From Eubacteriales bacterium (GTDB lineage: Bacteria > Bacillota > Clostridia > Oscillospirales > CAG-382): a stretch of 64,000 bases of DNA. Below the pieces are notes generated by a model that had not been told where the DNA came from, did not search any database, and was given only the letters and a program-made list of their open reading frames with translations. The position numbers were made by a program, and so were the translations under genes. Below, piece by piece: positions 27,391 to 37,339 of this stretch. Every line of letters starts with the position of its first letter. Positions within the stretch are counted from its first letter, which is position 1. Where the stretch lies: contig JAZRVE010000062.1 in assembly GCA_045598975.1 (NCBI GenBank), positions 18,815-82,814 of the forward strand, read 5' to 3'.

Positions 27391-28494
27391 ATGAAAAAAA
27401 TCATGCTTCAAGGATATCTGAACGGCTCGAATTTCGGAGATATTCTGTATGCACATCAGTTTTATCGGAAATGCAAGGAGCTCGGCTTTCGGGAAACCGA
27501 TATTTTTCAGTATAACAAAAATCACGGTATCAGTCCGTTTTGCCGGAAAGAACTCGGATACACGAATCGCAAGAACTTTTTCTCCTCGCTGAGTGCGGAT
27601 GCGTTTGTGCTGATTTCCGGCGGTCATCTTTGGGATGACGGAAAAAGTAAACGCACGGTTGTCCTCAGATACTTGCGATTTGTTTTGCCTGCCCGGCTGT
27701 ATCAGTGCATGGGAAAACCGGTGTACATTCTCGGTGTCGGCGGCGGACCGGTGAATACGCCGTGGCTCAGAAGAAGCATCGTAAGGATGCTTGACCGTGC
27801 AAAGATCGTATACTTTCGTGATGCGGGAACAAAAAAAGTGTTTGAGGCGTATGGCGTAAAGAATCAATTGACCGTGACGGCGGATACGGCGCTTTTGGTA
27901 ACGGCGGATATGCTGCCGGCTTTGCGGGAAAAGCAGGAGCTGGACGCGGCAGCGAACGGACGGAAAAAACTGCTGCTGCATATTCATCCCGGTGATCCGG
28001 CGGGTTTCGGGTACCTTAGGGATATGATATTGCCGGCGCTGATCGATTTTCTGAAAGAACACCGAGAATACCTGCTCGTCTTATCACAGGACAATGAATT
28101 TGATGCCGAAAGTGTGCCGCAAATAAAGGAAGTATATAAAAAGCTGGACGAATCCGGCACGGAGTATTACCGGTATAACTATCACGACTGTATGCAGATG
28201 GCATCTCTTATCAACGAAACGGATTGTATCGTAACGATGAAACTCCATGTCGGTGTTGTCGGTGCGGCGCTCGGCAAAAGCGTGGTATCTTTCCCCGATC
28301 ACCGTGAAAAAACGGATTATTTCTATGCGGAAACAGGAGAATCCGGGAGATGCTGCAACGTCAGACGGCTCACAAGAGAACTGGCATACCGTCAGCTCGA
28401 AGAATTTCACGATAAGCCTGTTGCAATATCCGAGGCTCTGCGAAAAAAAGCCGCGGAAAACCTTGATGCATTGAGCAAAACAGCGCGTATTTAG
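27391..28494 (+). CDS. Polysaccharide pyruvyl transferase family protein (WcaK/CsaB-like)
   Basis: The N-terminal 'GYLNGSNFGDILYA' and 'ISGGHLWDD' resemble PS_pyruv_trans motifs. Size (367 aa) and context also fit. Confidence 0.6.
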   Translation: MKKIMLQGYLNGSNFGDILYAHQFYRKCKELGFRETDIFQYNKNHGISPFCRKELGYTNRKNFFSSLSADAFVLISGGHLWDDGKSKRTVVLRYLRFVLPARLYQCMGKPVYILGVGGGPVNTPWLRRSIVRMLDRAKIVYFRDAGTKKVFEAYGVKNQLTVTADTALLVTADMLPALREKQELDAAANGRKKLLLHIHPGDPAGFGYLRDMILPALIDFLKEHREYLLVLSQDNEFDAESVPQIKEVYKKLDESGTEYYRYNYHDCMQMASLINETDCIVTMKLHVGVVGAALGKSVVSFPDHREKTDYFYAETGESGRCCNVRRLTRELAYRQLEEFHDKPVAISEALRKKAAENLDALSKTARI

Positions 28495-28515
28495 CTTACA
28501 TGAAGGAGGGGCGTT

Positions 28516-29526
28516 ATGCTTTCGAGTTATAGAAAATGGGACGTTCAAGGTAAGACCAAAACGTTGGGATTATGCAAAGGCACGACGGCGTGGGCGCTTG
28601 ACATAATGGCCAGACGCACCGGGAACGACAAATGGGAAAAACCGGTTCACAAAACCTATATGAAATGGTTGCAGAAAAAATATTGGGATGCCGGCTTGTA
28701 TAACACAGATGCCGTGAGTGAAATAACGTTCGGAGAATACGAAAAATCCGACAAGACCGACGTCTGGATTTTTTGGCATCAGGGCTGGGACACCGAAAAT
28801 GCGCCGCACTACGTTGAAGACTGCTTGTATCAGGGTTGGGAGAAAAATTCCGCTCCTGATATTGTCAAGAACTGCCGGAAATCGACAGATAAGTTTTTGG
28901 ATCGGGAAAAATACAATATCCACCGTCTGGATAAAGATAATTACAGCTCATTCGTAAAATTCCCCGAATGGATCATGAAAAAGGTTGAATCGGGAACGAT
29001 CAATCTTACAAAATTCAGCAATTTATTAAGACTGGCACTGCTGTACCGATACGGCGGGATATGGATGGACGCCACCATATTCCTTACGGAGCCGCTTGAT
29101 GAAAAGATAACGGATTATCGGTATTTCTCCATAAAAACGCCGCCGGTAAAACCGAACTTCTGGATATCCTTTGACTGGACAACTTATTTTTTGGCGACCG
29201 GTGCGTGCGAAACAAAGTTTTTCAAAGAACTGCTGACATTGCAGATGGAGTATTGGCGAAGAGAAGACTACGTCATGGATTATCTGCTGTTTGATTATCT
29301 GATCGCCTTGATCCATGCCAACGAGCCGGATATCGCCGAAGAATGGGCGAAAATTCCGGAGAACAATGTAGACAATCTGTTTATTGAGCACTCGTTGAAT
29401 AAGAAATTTGATCCTGTGGAGTGGGAAGAAATCAGGAAGAAAACGAGTATATTCAAGGTTACTTATAAAGTCCCGCTCTCGGACGATCCGGATACATACT
29501 ATAACAGGGTAGTGAACAGTATATGA
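28516..29526 (+). CDS. Capsular polysaccharide synthesis protein (Caps_synth / DXD-type glycosyltransferase-like)
   Basis: 'VWIFWHQGW' and 'FSNLLRLALLYRYGGIWMDATIFLTEPL' are characteristic of the Caps_synth/Gly_transf_sug family. Confidence 0.7.
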   Translation: MLSSYRKWDVQGKTKTLGLCKGTTAWALDIMARRTGNDKWEKPVHKTYMKWLQKKYWDAGLYNTDAVSEITFGEYEKSDKTDVWIFWHQGWDTENAPHYVEDCLYQGWEKNSAPDIVKNCRKSTDKFLDREKYNIHRLDKDNYSSFVKFPEWIMKKVESGTINLTKFSNLLRLALLYRYGGIWMDATIFLTEPLDEKITDYRYFSIKTPPVKPNFWISFDWTTYFLATGACETKFFKELLTLQMEYWRREDYVMDYLLFDYLIALIHANEPDIAEEWAKIPENNVDNLFIEHSLNKKFDPVEWEEIRKKTSIFKVTYKVPLSDDPDTYYNRVVNSI

Positions 29527-30629
29527 AAAAAATCTTATTGATCGCAGACACGTATCATCCCGATTCAAGCGCGACGACGAATCTGTTTCGGCGGACAATG
29601 GAAGCATTGGCAAAGCTCGGCTATGATGTTTCCGTATATCCGACGGAGCTTTCGGGGAACCGATTTTCGTATCCCGAGGAATATAACGGCGTAAAAATCT
29701 TCAAGCCGGAGCAGTCGCTTGATGAGATCCTTGACAGTACGGAATACGATTATGTATTCTCGGGTGCTGTCAATTTCCGGGTGAATTTCATTGCTCATAA
29801 AGCATTAAAGGGCAGAAAATGCAAGTGGTTCCCGACGTCCTACGATCCGTATGCGTTCGATCCGCATATCACGGCGGAACAGAAAAAGGCGTATGTTCAG
29901 GAAGAAATCGACGCTCTGAAAGATGCGGCAAAGGTTTTCTTCTTAACGGAATTCAAAGAGGATTATATCGGCTCGCCGATCGAGGACAAGATCGAGTACT
30001 TCATGCTCCCGTGCATCCGGGAATTTTGCCCCGATACAGCGAAAAGAGTTGTTGAATTTGATGATGATTTTATCAACTGCGTATTCCTCGGAGATTTCTA
30101 TCTCGGCATTGAAAATACGGATTTCATCTTCCGTCTGTTTGAAAAAATCATCGAAAAAAACAAAAAGATACGCTTCTATACGGTCGGCAATCTCGGTGAC
30201 TACGGCGACACGGTCGAATTGTGGAAGAAAAAACTCGGAGACGGGTATATCTGCCATAAGCGTGTCAGCCAAGAGGAATCGTATAATGTGTTATTTGACT
30301 GCGACGTGCTTGTCAGCATGGGGCATGACAGCGCCAATATGTGCCCGAGCAAGATCATAGACTTTGTTTCAGCCGGCAGACCGATCTTACATATCGGGAA
30401 GATCGAAAACTGCTGCGGCAAAAAATATCTCGCGAAATACCCCGATAAATATTGCATTTATCAGGGCGACGAACTGACCGCCGAAAGGGTAGACGAGACA
30501 GAACGGTTTATCGTAAACGCAAAAGGCAGAGAGAGAATACCGTTTGAAGACGTAAAAGAAATATACGGCGATTTCACGATGGAAGCATTGATCGGAAAAA
30601 TTCTCAAAGTATTTGATGAGGTGCGGTAA
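29523..30629 (+). CDS. Putative GT-B-fold glycosyltransferase (family unclear)
   Basis: 'MKKILLIADTYHPDSSATTNLF' is a GT-B-like N-terminus and a second Rossmann-like half follows. There is no clear EX7E motif. It overlaps the previous stop by 4 nt. Confidence 0.45.
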   Translation: MKKILLIADTYHPDSSATTNLFRRTMEALAKLGYDVSVYPTELSGNRFSYPEEYNGVKIFKPEQSLDEILDSTEYDYVFSGAVNFRVNFIAHKALKGRKCKWFPTSYDPYAFDPHITAEQKKAYVQEEIDALKDAAKVFFLTEFKEDYIGSPIEDKIEYFMLPCIREFCPDTAKRVVEFDDDFINCVFLGDFYLGIENTDFIFRLFEKIIEKNKKIRFYTVGNLGDYGDTVELWKKKLGDGYICHKRVSQEESYNVLFDCDVLVSMGHDSANMCPSKIIDFVSAGRPILHIGKIENCCGKKYLAKYPDKYCIYQGDELTAERVDETERFIVNAKGRERIPFEDVKEIYGDFTMEALIGKILKVFDEVR

Positions 30630-30630
30630 C

Positions 30631-31266
30631 ATGATGGAAAACATACTGATCGTCGGGGCGCATTTCGACGATGCCGAGCTCGGTGCCGGCGGCACGGCGG
30701 CAAAGCTTGTAAGTCAGGGAAAAAAAGTATATAAATTCACGCTGACGGATAATGAAACCCATTTCGCACAGCGTAACGTTCACGTCAGTTTCAGCGATTC
30801 GGTAAAACAGAGCGCCGAGGCGGCAAAAGCCATCGGCATGATCGAGATCGAAAACAAGAATCCGATCCCGCACGCCGCTTTGACGTACGGCACGGAGATC
30901 ATGCAGAAGGTGGAAAGCATCATTTTCGATTATCACATCGACACCATCTTCCTCCATTTCGACGAGGATATGCATCAGGATCACGTGGAGGCAAATAAAA
31001 TCTGTCTGACGGCGGCACGGCACTGCGCCAATATCCTCGAATACAAGAGTAACGGATATATTCTCGAAAACGAATATCATCCGACCTATTTCGTGGACAT
31101 CAGCGATTATATCGGGCAAAAGAAAAAGGCACTTGCCTGCTACGGCTCGGAGCATGACAGAATGAGCCGCCTGTTTGAGATGAATATCGAAAGAAATCAT
31201 ATCTGGGGCTATGCAAACGAAGTCGAATACGCCGAGGGCTTCCGCGTCATCAAAATGCTCGGCTGA
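30631..31266 (+). CDS. PIG-L/LmbE-family N-acetylglucosaminyl deacetylase
   Basis: '[22 protein letters not shown]' (the AHxDD...GxGGT motif) and 'HQDH' metal ligands. The ATG at 30631 lies 7 nt after 'gaggtg'. Confidence 0.85.
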   Translation: MMENILIVGAHFDDAELGAGGTAAKLVSQGKKVYKFTLTDNETHFAQRNVHVSFSDSVKQSAEAAKAIGMIEIENKNPIPHAALTYGTEIMQKVESIIFDYHIDTIFLHFDEDMHQDHVEANKICLTAARHCANILEYKSNGYILENEYHPTYFVDISDYIGQKKKALACYGSEHDRMSRLFEMNIERNHIWGYANEVEYAEGFRVIKMLG

Positions 31267-31298
31267 TAAAAATTCCCATAAGAAAAGAAGTGAAACAG

Positions 31299-32531
31299 AT
31301 GAAGATCGCCATTGCCGGTACGGGATATGTGGGACTGTCGCTTGCGGCTCTGCTTTCGCAGAAGAACGAAGTGACGGCAGTTGATATCGTTCCCGAAAAG
31401 GTCGAAATGATAAATAACAGAATCAGCCCGATTCAGGATAAAGAAATCCAAGAATTTTTTGCCGAAAAGAAGCTGGATCTGAAAGCCACCGTGAATGCCG
31501 AAGAAGCATATCGGGATGCAGAGTATGTTGTCATTGCCGTTCCGACAAACTACGATCCTCAGAAGAACTTTTTTGATACCTCTGCCGTTGAAACTGTGAT
31601 CGAAACGGTGATGCGTCATAACAAAATCTGTGTTATGGTGATAAAATCCACCGTTCCCGTAGGCTATACCGAAAAGGTCTGCGAAAAATACGGAACGGAC
31701 AGAATTATGTTCAGCCCGGAATTTTTGAGAGAATCCAAGGCACTGTATGATAACCTTTATCCGTCCAGAATCATCGCCGGAACGGACAAAGCCAATCCGG
31801 AAATGGTGCAAAAAGCGGTAAAATTTGCCTCACTTCTCCGGGAAAGTGCCGAAAAAGAGGAAGTCGAAACGCTGATTATCGGCAGAAACGAGGCGGAAGC
31901 CGTCAAGCTTTTCGCCAACACCTATCTTGCCCTGCGTGTTTCCTATTTCAACGAGCTTGATACCTATGCGGAGTTGAAAGGCTTGAACACAAAAGACATT
32001 ATCGACGGCGTCTGTCTTGACCCGAGGATCGGGAACTTTTACAACAATCCTTCTTTCGGTTACGGCGGGTACTGCCTGCCGAAGGACACCAAACAGCTCC
32101 TTGCCAACTACGGCGACGTGCCGGAAAATCTGATCGGCGCCATTGTGGAAAGCAACCGTACGCGAAAGGAATTCATCGCAGACCGTGTGCTTGCCATGGC
32201 GGGGTATTATGAGGCAAGCGAAAGCTATGACAAGGCCAAAGAGAAAGAGATCACCGTCGGCGTTTACCGCCTTACCATGAAAAGCGGAAGCGACAATTTC
32301 CGTCAGAGCAGTATCCAGGGTGTGATGAAACGGATCAAAGCCAAAGGGGCAAAGGTCATAGTCTTCGAACCCTCGCTTGAAGACGGCACGACCTTTTTCG
32401 GAAGTGAAGTAGTGAATGATCTGGATTCATTCAAAAAGATGAGTCAGTGCATCATCGCAAACCGATACGACGCCTGCCTTGACGACGTGAAAGAGAAAGT
32501 ATATACAAGAGATTTGTTCAAGAGAGATTGA
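31299..32531 (+). CDS. ugd: UDP-glucose 6-dehydrogenase
   Basis: '[21 protein letters not shown]', 'FSPEFLRE', catalytic Cys in '[10 protein letters not shown]', and overall Ugd length. Confidence 0.92.
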   Translation: MKIAIAGTGYVGLSLAALLSQKNEVTAVDIVPEKVEMINNRISPIQDKEIQEFFAEKKLDLKATVNAEEAYRDAEYVVIAVPTNYDPQKNFFDTSAVETVIETVMRHNKICVMVIKSTVPVGYTEKVCEKYGTDRIMFSPEFLRESKALYDNLYPSRIIAGTDKANPEMVQKAVKFASLLRESAEKEEVETLIIGRNEAEAVKLFANTYLALRVSYFNELDTYAELKGLNTKDIIDGVCLDPRIGNFYNNPSFGYGGYCLPKDTKQLLANYGDVPENLIGAIVESNRTRKEFIADRVLAMAGYYEASESYDKAKEKEITVGVYRLTMKSGSDNFRQSSIQGVMKRIKAKGAKVIVFEPSLEDGTTFFGSEVVNDLDSFKKMSQCIIANRYDACLDDVKEKVYTRDLFKRD

Positions 32532-33613
32532 TGAAAATGAAGCAAACGACAGAACTGAACGACAGGACGATTCTTGTGACCGGCTCTCCGGGATTTATCG
32601 GCGGCGCCCTTGTGCTCCGGCTGATAAAAGAACTTAATAATGCGACGATCGTTTCATTCGACAACATGAATGACTATTATGATCCGGCACTGAAAGAATA
32701 CCGTCTGGGCCTGATAGAAAAAGCGGCGGAAAAAAAGCCGGATATCAGACACGTTTTCATAAAAGCCGACCTTCATGATAAATCCGCTGTTGATAAGGTG
32801 TTTTCGGAATATAAGCCGGACGTTGTCGTCAACCTTGCCGCACAGGCGGGTGTCCGGTACAGCATTACAAATCCGGATGCGTATATAAATTCAAATATTA
32901 TCGGGTTTTATAACATTCTCGAAGCCTGCCGCCGTTATCCCGTCGAACATCTTGTATATGCAAGCAGCAGTTCCGTTTACGGCGGAAACAGGAAGGTTCC
33001 GTTTTCCACAGACGATAAAGTGGATGATCCCGTATCGCTTTATGCGGCAACAAAGAAATCGAATGAGCTTCTGGCTCACAGTTACAGCAAATTATATAAC
33101 ATTCCCGCTACGGGCTTGCGTTTCTTTACGGTTTACGGTCCCGCGGGAAGACCGGATATGGCATATTTTACCTTTACGGATAAGTTTACAAAGGGCGAAA
33201 CGGTAAAACTGTTCAATTTCGGCGACTGCAAGCGTGATTTTACGTATATTGACGATATCATCGAGGGTGTGTACCGTGTTATGCATGGCGCACCGATAAA
33301 GGAAAACGGCGAGGACGGACTGCCCGTTCCTCCCTATGCGATCTACAATATCGGCGGCGGACAGCCGGAGAATCTCATGTGTTTTGTCAATACCCTTTGC
33401 GAAGAGCTGATCCGTGCCGGTGTTCTGCCGGAGGATTTCGATGTTGCCGCTCACACGGAGAAAGCTCCCATGCAGCCGGGCGATGTTCCGGTGACGTACG
33501 CGGACAGTTCGGGACTCGAACGGGATTACGGCTTTACACCGAAGATTCCGCTTCGGGAAGGGCTCAGGCGGTTTGCCGAATGGTACAAGTCTTATTATGA
33601 TTTATCGATCTGA
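32531..33613 (+). CDS. UDP-glucuronate 4-epimerase (Cap1J/GlaKP-like extended SDR)
   Basis: 'ILVTGSPGFIGGAL', 'YASSSSVYGGN' and 'YAATKKSNELLAHSYSKLYNIPATGLRFFTVYGPAGRPDMA' are typical of UDP-GlcA 4-epimerases. The gene is directly coupled to ugd. The start is ambiguous among 32528, 32531 and 32537. Confidence 0.85.
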   Translation: MKMKQTTELNDRTILVTGSPGFIGGALVLRLIKELNNATIVSFDNMNDYYDPALKEYRLGLIEKAAEKKPDIRHVFIKADLHDKSAVDKVFSEYKPDVVVNLAAQAGVRYSITNPDAYINSNIIGFYNILEACRRYPVEHLVYASSSSVYGGNRKVPFSTDDKVDDPVSLYAATKKSNELLAHSYSKLYNIPATGLRFFTVYGPAGRPDMAYFTFTDKFTKGETVKLFNFGDCKRDFTYIDDIIEGVYRVMHGAPIKENGEDGLPVPPYAIYNIGGGQPENLMCFVNTLCEELIRAGVLPEDFDVAAHTEKAPMQPGDVPVTYADSSGLERDYGFTPKIPLREGLRRFAEWYKSYYDLSI

Positions 33614-33661
33614 CCGACAGCACGGTTACAATACTTTTACAACATATTGGAGTTACTTAAA

Positions 33662-34912
33662 ATGAGGAATATCAAGTTTACTTTCCCGGATATATCGGAT
33701 GCGGAGATTGAGGGTGTTTGCGAAACGCTGAGGTCCGGCTGGCTTACGACCGGCCCCAAAACAAAGTTGTTTGAAAAGAAACTCGCTTCTTTTGTCGGAG
33801 ATTATAACGGTGAAGGATCGCCGAACTGTATCGGGGTCAGCTCCGCTACGGAGGGATTGGAACTGTCTTTGAGGATGCTCGGCATCGGTTCGGGCTCGGG
33901 AGGAAGCGAGAAGGACGAGGTCATCACCTGTGCCTATACGTATACCGCATCGGCATCCGAGATACATCATGTCGGGGCGAAGATCGTGCTTATCGACTGC
34001 CTTGACAAAGACGGCGTCATCGAGCCTGATTATGATAGACTCGAAGCGGCGATAAACGAGAACACCAAAGCCGTTATCCCCGTCGATATCGGAGGCATCC
34101 CCTGCGATTATGACAGGATATTTGAGATACTCGAAAGAAAAAAATCCCTCTTCAAGCCGACTTCCGATCTTCAGGCAATGCTTGGCAGAGTGGCTGTCAT
34201 CGAGGATGCGGCGCACGCTCTCGGTGCCGTTTATAAGGGGAGAAAAATCGGCAGCGTTGCCGATTTCACGGTGTTTTCTTTCCATGCCACGAAGAACTTT
34301 TCAACAGGAGAGGGCGGTGCCATCTTCTGGAATCACTTTGACGGCATAAACGATGACGATATGTATCGCATGACACAGCTTTACAGCCTTCACGGTCAAA
34401 GCAAGGACGCCTTTACCAAGGACAGGCTCGGTGCCTGGGAATACGACATTCTCGGTATCTGGTATAAGTGTAATATGACGGACATCATGGCGGCGATAGG
34501 CCTCGGACAGCTTGAAAGATATCCCACGATGCTTCCGCGCAGAAAAGAAATAATAGAAAGATACGATGCTGCGTTTCGTTCGCTCGGTATAAAAACACTC
34601 GATCATTATACCGGTGAGCACATAAGCTCGGGACACCTCTATGTCACGAGGATACCCGGTATAAACAGGGAGAACGCAAACGAAATTATGGAAAAGATGG
34701 CAAAGGCCGGCATTTGTACAAATGTGCATTTCATACCTCTGCCCATGTTTACGGCGTATAAGAATCTGGGCTTTGATATAAAGGATTATCCGGTCGCCTA
34801 TGCGAAGTTTGAGAATGAGATCACGCTTCCTCTGCATACCAAGCTTACGGATGAAGAGGTGGAGTATGTGATAGAAAAGTATGCGGAGATCGTGCAGGCG
34901 TACAGGAACTGA
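33662..34912 (+). CDS. DegT/DnrJ/EryC1-family PLP-dependent sugar aminotransferase
   Basis: 'EIEGVCETLRSGWLTTGPKTKLFE' and the PLP-lysine motif 'FSFHATKNFSTGEGGAI'. The ATG at 33662 follows 'ggag'. Confidence 0.9.
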   Translation: MRNIKFTFPDISDAEIEGVCETLRSGWLTTGPKTKLFEKKLASFVGDYNGEGSPNCIGVSSATEGLELSLRMLGIGSGSGGSEKDEVITCAYTYTASASEIHHVGAKIVLIDCLDKDGVIEPDYDRLEAAINENTKAVIPVDIGGIPCDYDRIFEILERKKSLFKPTSDLQAMLGRVAVIEDAAHALGAVYKGRKIGSVADFTVFSFHATKNFSTGEGGAIFWNHFDGINDDDMYRMTQLYSLHGQSKDAFTKDRLGAWEYDILGIWYKCNMTDIMAAIGLGQLERYPTMLPRRKEIIERYDAAFRSLGIKTLDHYTGEHISSGHLYVTRIPGINRENANEIMEKMAKAGICTNVHFIPLPMFTAYKNLGFDIKDYPVAYAKFENEITLPLHTKLTDEEVEYVIEKYAEIVQAYRN

Positions 34913-34940
34913 GTTGTCCCTTTAAGAAAGGTGAGATGCC

Positions 34941-36128
34941 TTGAAAAAAGTATTGATAATAGGAGCCGGCTTTTTGCAGATGTTCGTCATAAAAAAAGCA
35001 AAGGATATGGGGTATTACACTCTGGCGGTGGATGCCGATCCCAAAGCTCCCGGCTTTGCTTTTGCGGATAAATACGCCGTCATCAACATCGTTGACGAAA
35101 AAGCCTGCCTTGCATTTGCCCAAAAAAACCAAATCGACGGTGTACTGACCGCCGCTACGGAATACGGTGTACTGACCGCATCGTATATTGCGGAAAAAAT
35201 GAACCTTACGGGGTTAACGTACACGGCGGCTCAAAAGACCAAGAACAAATACAACGTGAAAAAGTGTTTTCTCGAAAACCGTGTCGATGATTCGGATGGT
35301 CAATGCTGCCTTATTGATGCCGATACCGATATCGGCACGCTTGCCGGGAAACTTTGCTATCCGGTGATCGTAAAACCGTGCGACGGCTCCGGCAGTCGGG
35401 GAACGAGCAGAGTTGATGCCCCGGACGGTTTGCCTGCGGCGTGCGGATTTGCCATGAACGGTTCGATTTCTCACCGTGCAGAGGTGGAATCCTTTGTCGA
35501 TGGTAAGGAATACGGCGCGGAAAGTCTTGTCGTAAACGGCAGGGTTTATGTGTTGGCGATCATGAAAAAACGGATGACAGACCCGCCTTATTATGCCGAG
35601 CTCGGTCATATGATCCCCTGCGGACTGCCTGCGGATATTGAAGCAAAAGCAAAGAAATGTGTGGAAAATGCGATCAAAGCGCTCGGGATCAATTCGGGTT
35701 CCGTCAATACGGATATGATCATCACCGACGGCGGAGAAATACATATCGTCGATATCGGTGCCAGAATGGGCGGAAATATGATAGGTCCGTGTATCATTCC
35801 GTACGGTACGGGGATGGATTATATGGCGGCAATGCTCGAAAACGCGGTCGGCGATTTTAAGGAATTCAAAAAAACCGAGCCAGTTGCCGTAGCGACGAGA
35901 TTGCTTGCATTCCCCGAGGGCGATGTGGTAAATCTGCCGGATGTTCCGGCATTTGAAAAAGAATTCGACGTCGAGCTTTACCACCATATGACAAAAGGTC
36001 AGCACGTCAATGCGTATCATACCAATCTGGACGGGCTGGGATACATTGCGGCAAAAGGCAAAACGGCAGAGGAAGCGGAGGAAAAAGCCGCAAAGGCTTA
36101 CAGATATTTATCGGAGGTGCTTTTCTGA
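34941..36128 (+). CDS. ATP-grasp enzyme, L-amino-acid-ligase / carboxylate-amine ligase-like
   Basis: The pre-ATP-grasp Rossmann-like N-terminus 'KVLIIGAGFLQMFVIKKAKDMGY' is followed by 'YPVIVKPCDGSGSRGTSRV' and '...EIHIVDIGARMGG'. It uses a TTG start. Confidence 0.75.
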   Translation: MKKVLIIGAGFLQMFVIKKAKDMGYYTLAVDADPKAPGFAFADKYAVINIVDEKACLAFAQKNQIDGVLTAATEYGVLTASYIAEKMNLTGLTYTAAQKTKNKYNVKKCFLENRVDDSDGQCCLIDADTDIGTLAGKLCYPVIVKPCDGSGSRGTSRVDAPDGLPAACGFAMNGSISHRAEVESFVDGKEYGAESLVVNGRVYVLAIMKKRMTDPPYYAELGHMIPCGLPADIEAKAKKCVENAIKALGINSGSVNTDMIITDGGEIHIVDIGARMGGNMIGPCIIPYGTGMDYMAAMLENAVGDFKEFKKTEPVAVATRLLAFPEGDVVNLPDVPAFEKEFDVELYHHMTKGQHVNAYHTNLDGLGYIAAKGKTAEEAEEKAAKAYRYLSEVLF

Positions 36129-36139
36129 CCGTGGAGCTC

Positions 36140-36610
36140 ATGATGAAAAGAATCAAAATGATGGATCTTGCCGGACTGAAAAAAGTCGAAAAGGTGCTTT
36201 ACGCCTGCGGAAAAGATATGGCAAAAAAATATGATATTCATCAATGGGATAATACGCATGCCAAAGACATGATAATACTCGCTTTGTGTGAGTTGAAAAA
36301 CGACGTGTTTTTGGTTTCCGATGAGCTTGAAAAAACCGTTGCCACGTTTCAGGTCAGAGCGACGGATGATGTGTTATATTTTGAAAAATTCGGGACATTG
36401 CCGGAATGCCGGGGAAAAGGCATAGCTGAAAAGATGCTTGAAAAAATCAAGAGAATCGCAAAAGAGAAAGGCTGTTCCAAAGTCGCCTGCTCGGTTTATG
36501 AAAAAAATAAATACGCGCTTGAATATTATCAAAAAAATGGCTTCACGACCTGCGGCATGACACAAACGAAAAAATACAAATTGATCGATATGGAATTGAG
36601 TGTAATATGA
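36140..36610 (+). CDS. GNAT-family N-acetyltransferase
   Basis: 'CRGKGIAEKMLEKIKRIAKEKGCSKVACSVYEKNKYALEYYQKNGF' is an acetyl-CoA-binding motif A/B region. Confidence 0.8.
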   Translation: MMKRIKMMDLAGLKKVEKVLYACGKDMAKKYDIHQWDNTHAKDMIILALCELKNDVFLVSDELEKTVATFQVRATDDVLYFEKFGTLPECRGKGIAEKMLEKIKRIAKEKGCSKVACSVYEKNKYALEYYQKNGFTTCGMTQTKKYKLIDMELSVI

Positions 36611-37320
36611 ATTCAAATGAAAAACTGACTCCCCGTCAGCATTATGACAGGGTAAAGCATCTCGAAAACTATAACGGGTTTTATCAAAAAACAGTCAAAA
36701 GAGCACTTGATATCCTTATCTGTGTGATGATTCTTCCGTTTTTCTTACTTCTTGCGATACCGATTTCCATAGCGATCAAGCTTGAAGACGGCGGCCCCGT
36801 ATTCTATCGTTCAAAACGGCTCGGTATCGGTTTTAAGGCATTCGGGATGCTGAAATTCCGGTCGATGAAGGTGGATGCACCGGATATCCGAAACCAAGAC
36901 GGAAGCACGTTCAATTCCAGAACGGATGCAAGGGTTACAAAGATCGGACGCATTCTTCGTGAAACGAGCCTTGATGAAACGCCGCAGATTTTCAACATAT
37001 TTGCGGGGCAGATGAGTTTCGTCGGTCCGAGAGCCGGAGACGTGGAGTCCAAAGATACATATGAAGAAGACGAGAAAGACAAACTTTTGATAAGACCGGG
37101 GATAACGGGATATACGCAGGCATATCACAGAAATCAGATGGATGTGGGAAACAAGCGGCTGCTTGACGCTTGGTATGCCCACAGCGTAACATTCTTGCTT
37201 GATGTAAGAATCATTATCCGAACTGTCAGAACGGTTCTTTTCAGAGAAAAGATCTATACGAACAGCGAATCGGAACCGGTTACGGATAAGGAAAAAGAAA
37301 TGATTTCCGCGGCGAAATAA
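36607..37320 (+). CDS. Priming phosphoglycosyl transferase (small monotopic 'bacterial sugar transferase', PglC/WbaP-C-like)
   Basis: 'KRALDILICVMILPFFLLLAIPISIAIKLEDGGPVFY' is the re-entrant helix; also 'KFRSM' and 'DETPQIFNIFAGQMSFVGPRA'. Confidence 0.92.
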   Translation: MNSNEKLTPRQHYDRVKHLENYNGFYQKTVKRALDILICVMILPFFLLLAIPISIAIKLEDGGPVFYRSKRLGIGFKAFGMLKFRSMKVDAPDIRNQDGSTFNSRTDARVTKIGRILRETSLDETPQIFNIFAGQMSFVGPRAGDVESKDTYEEDEKDKLLIRPGITGYTQAYHRNQMDVGNKRLLDAWYAHSVTFLLDVRIIIRTVRTVLFREKIYTNSESEPVTDKEKEMISAAK

Positions 37321-37339
37321 TGATAAAGCGGGTGTGAAG

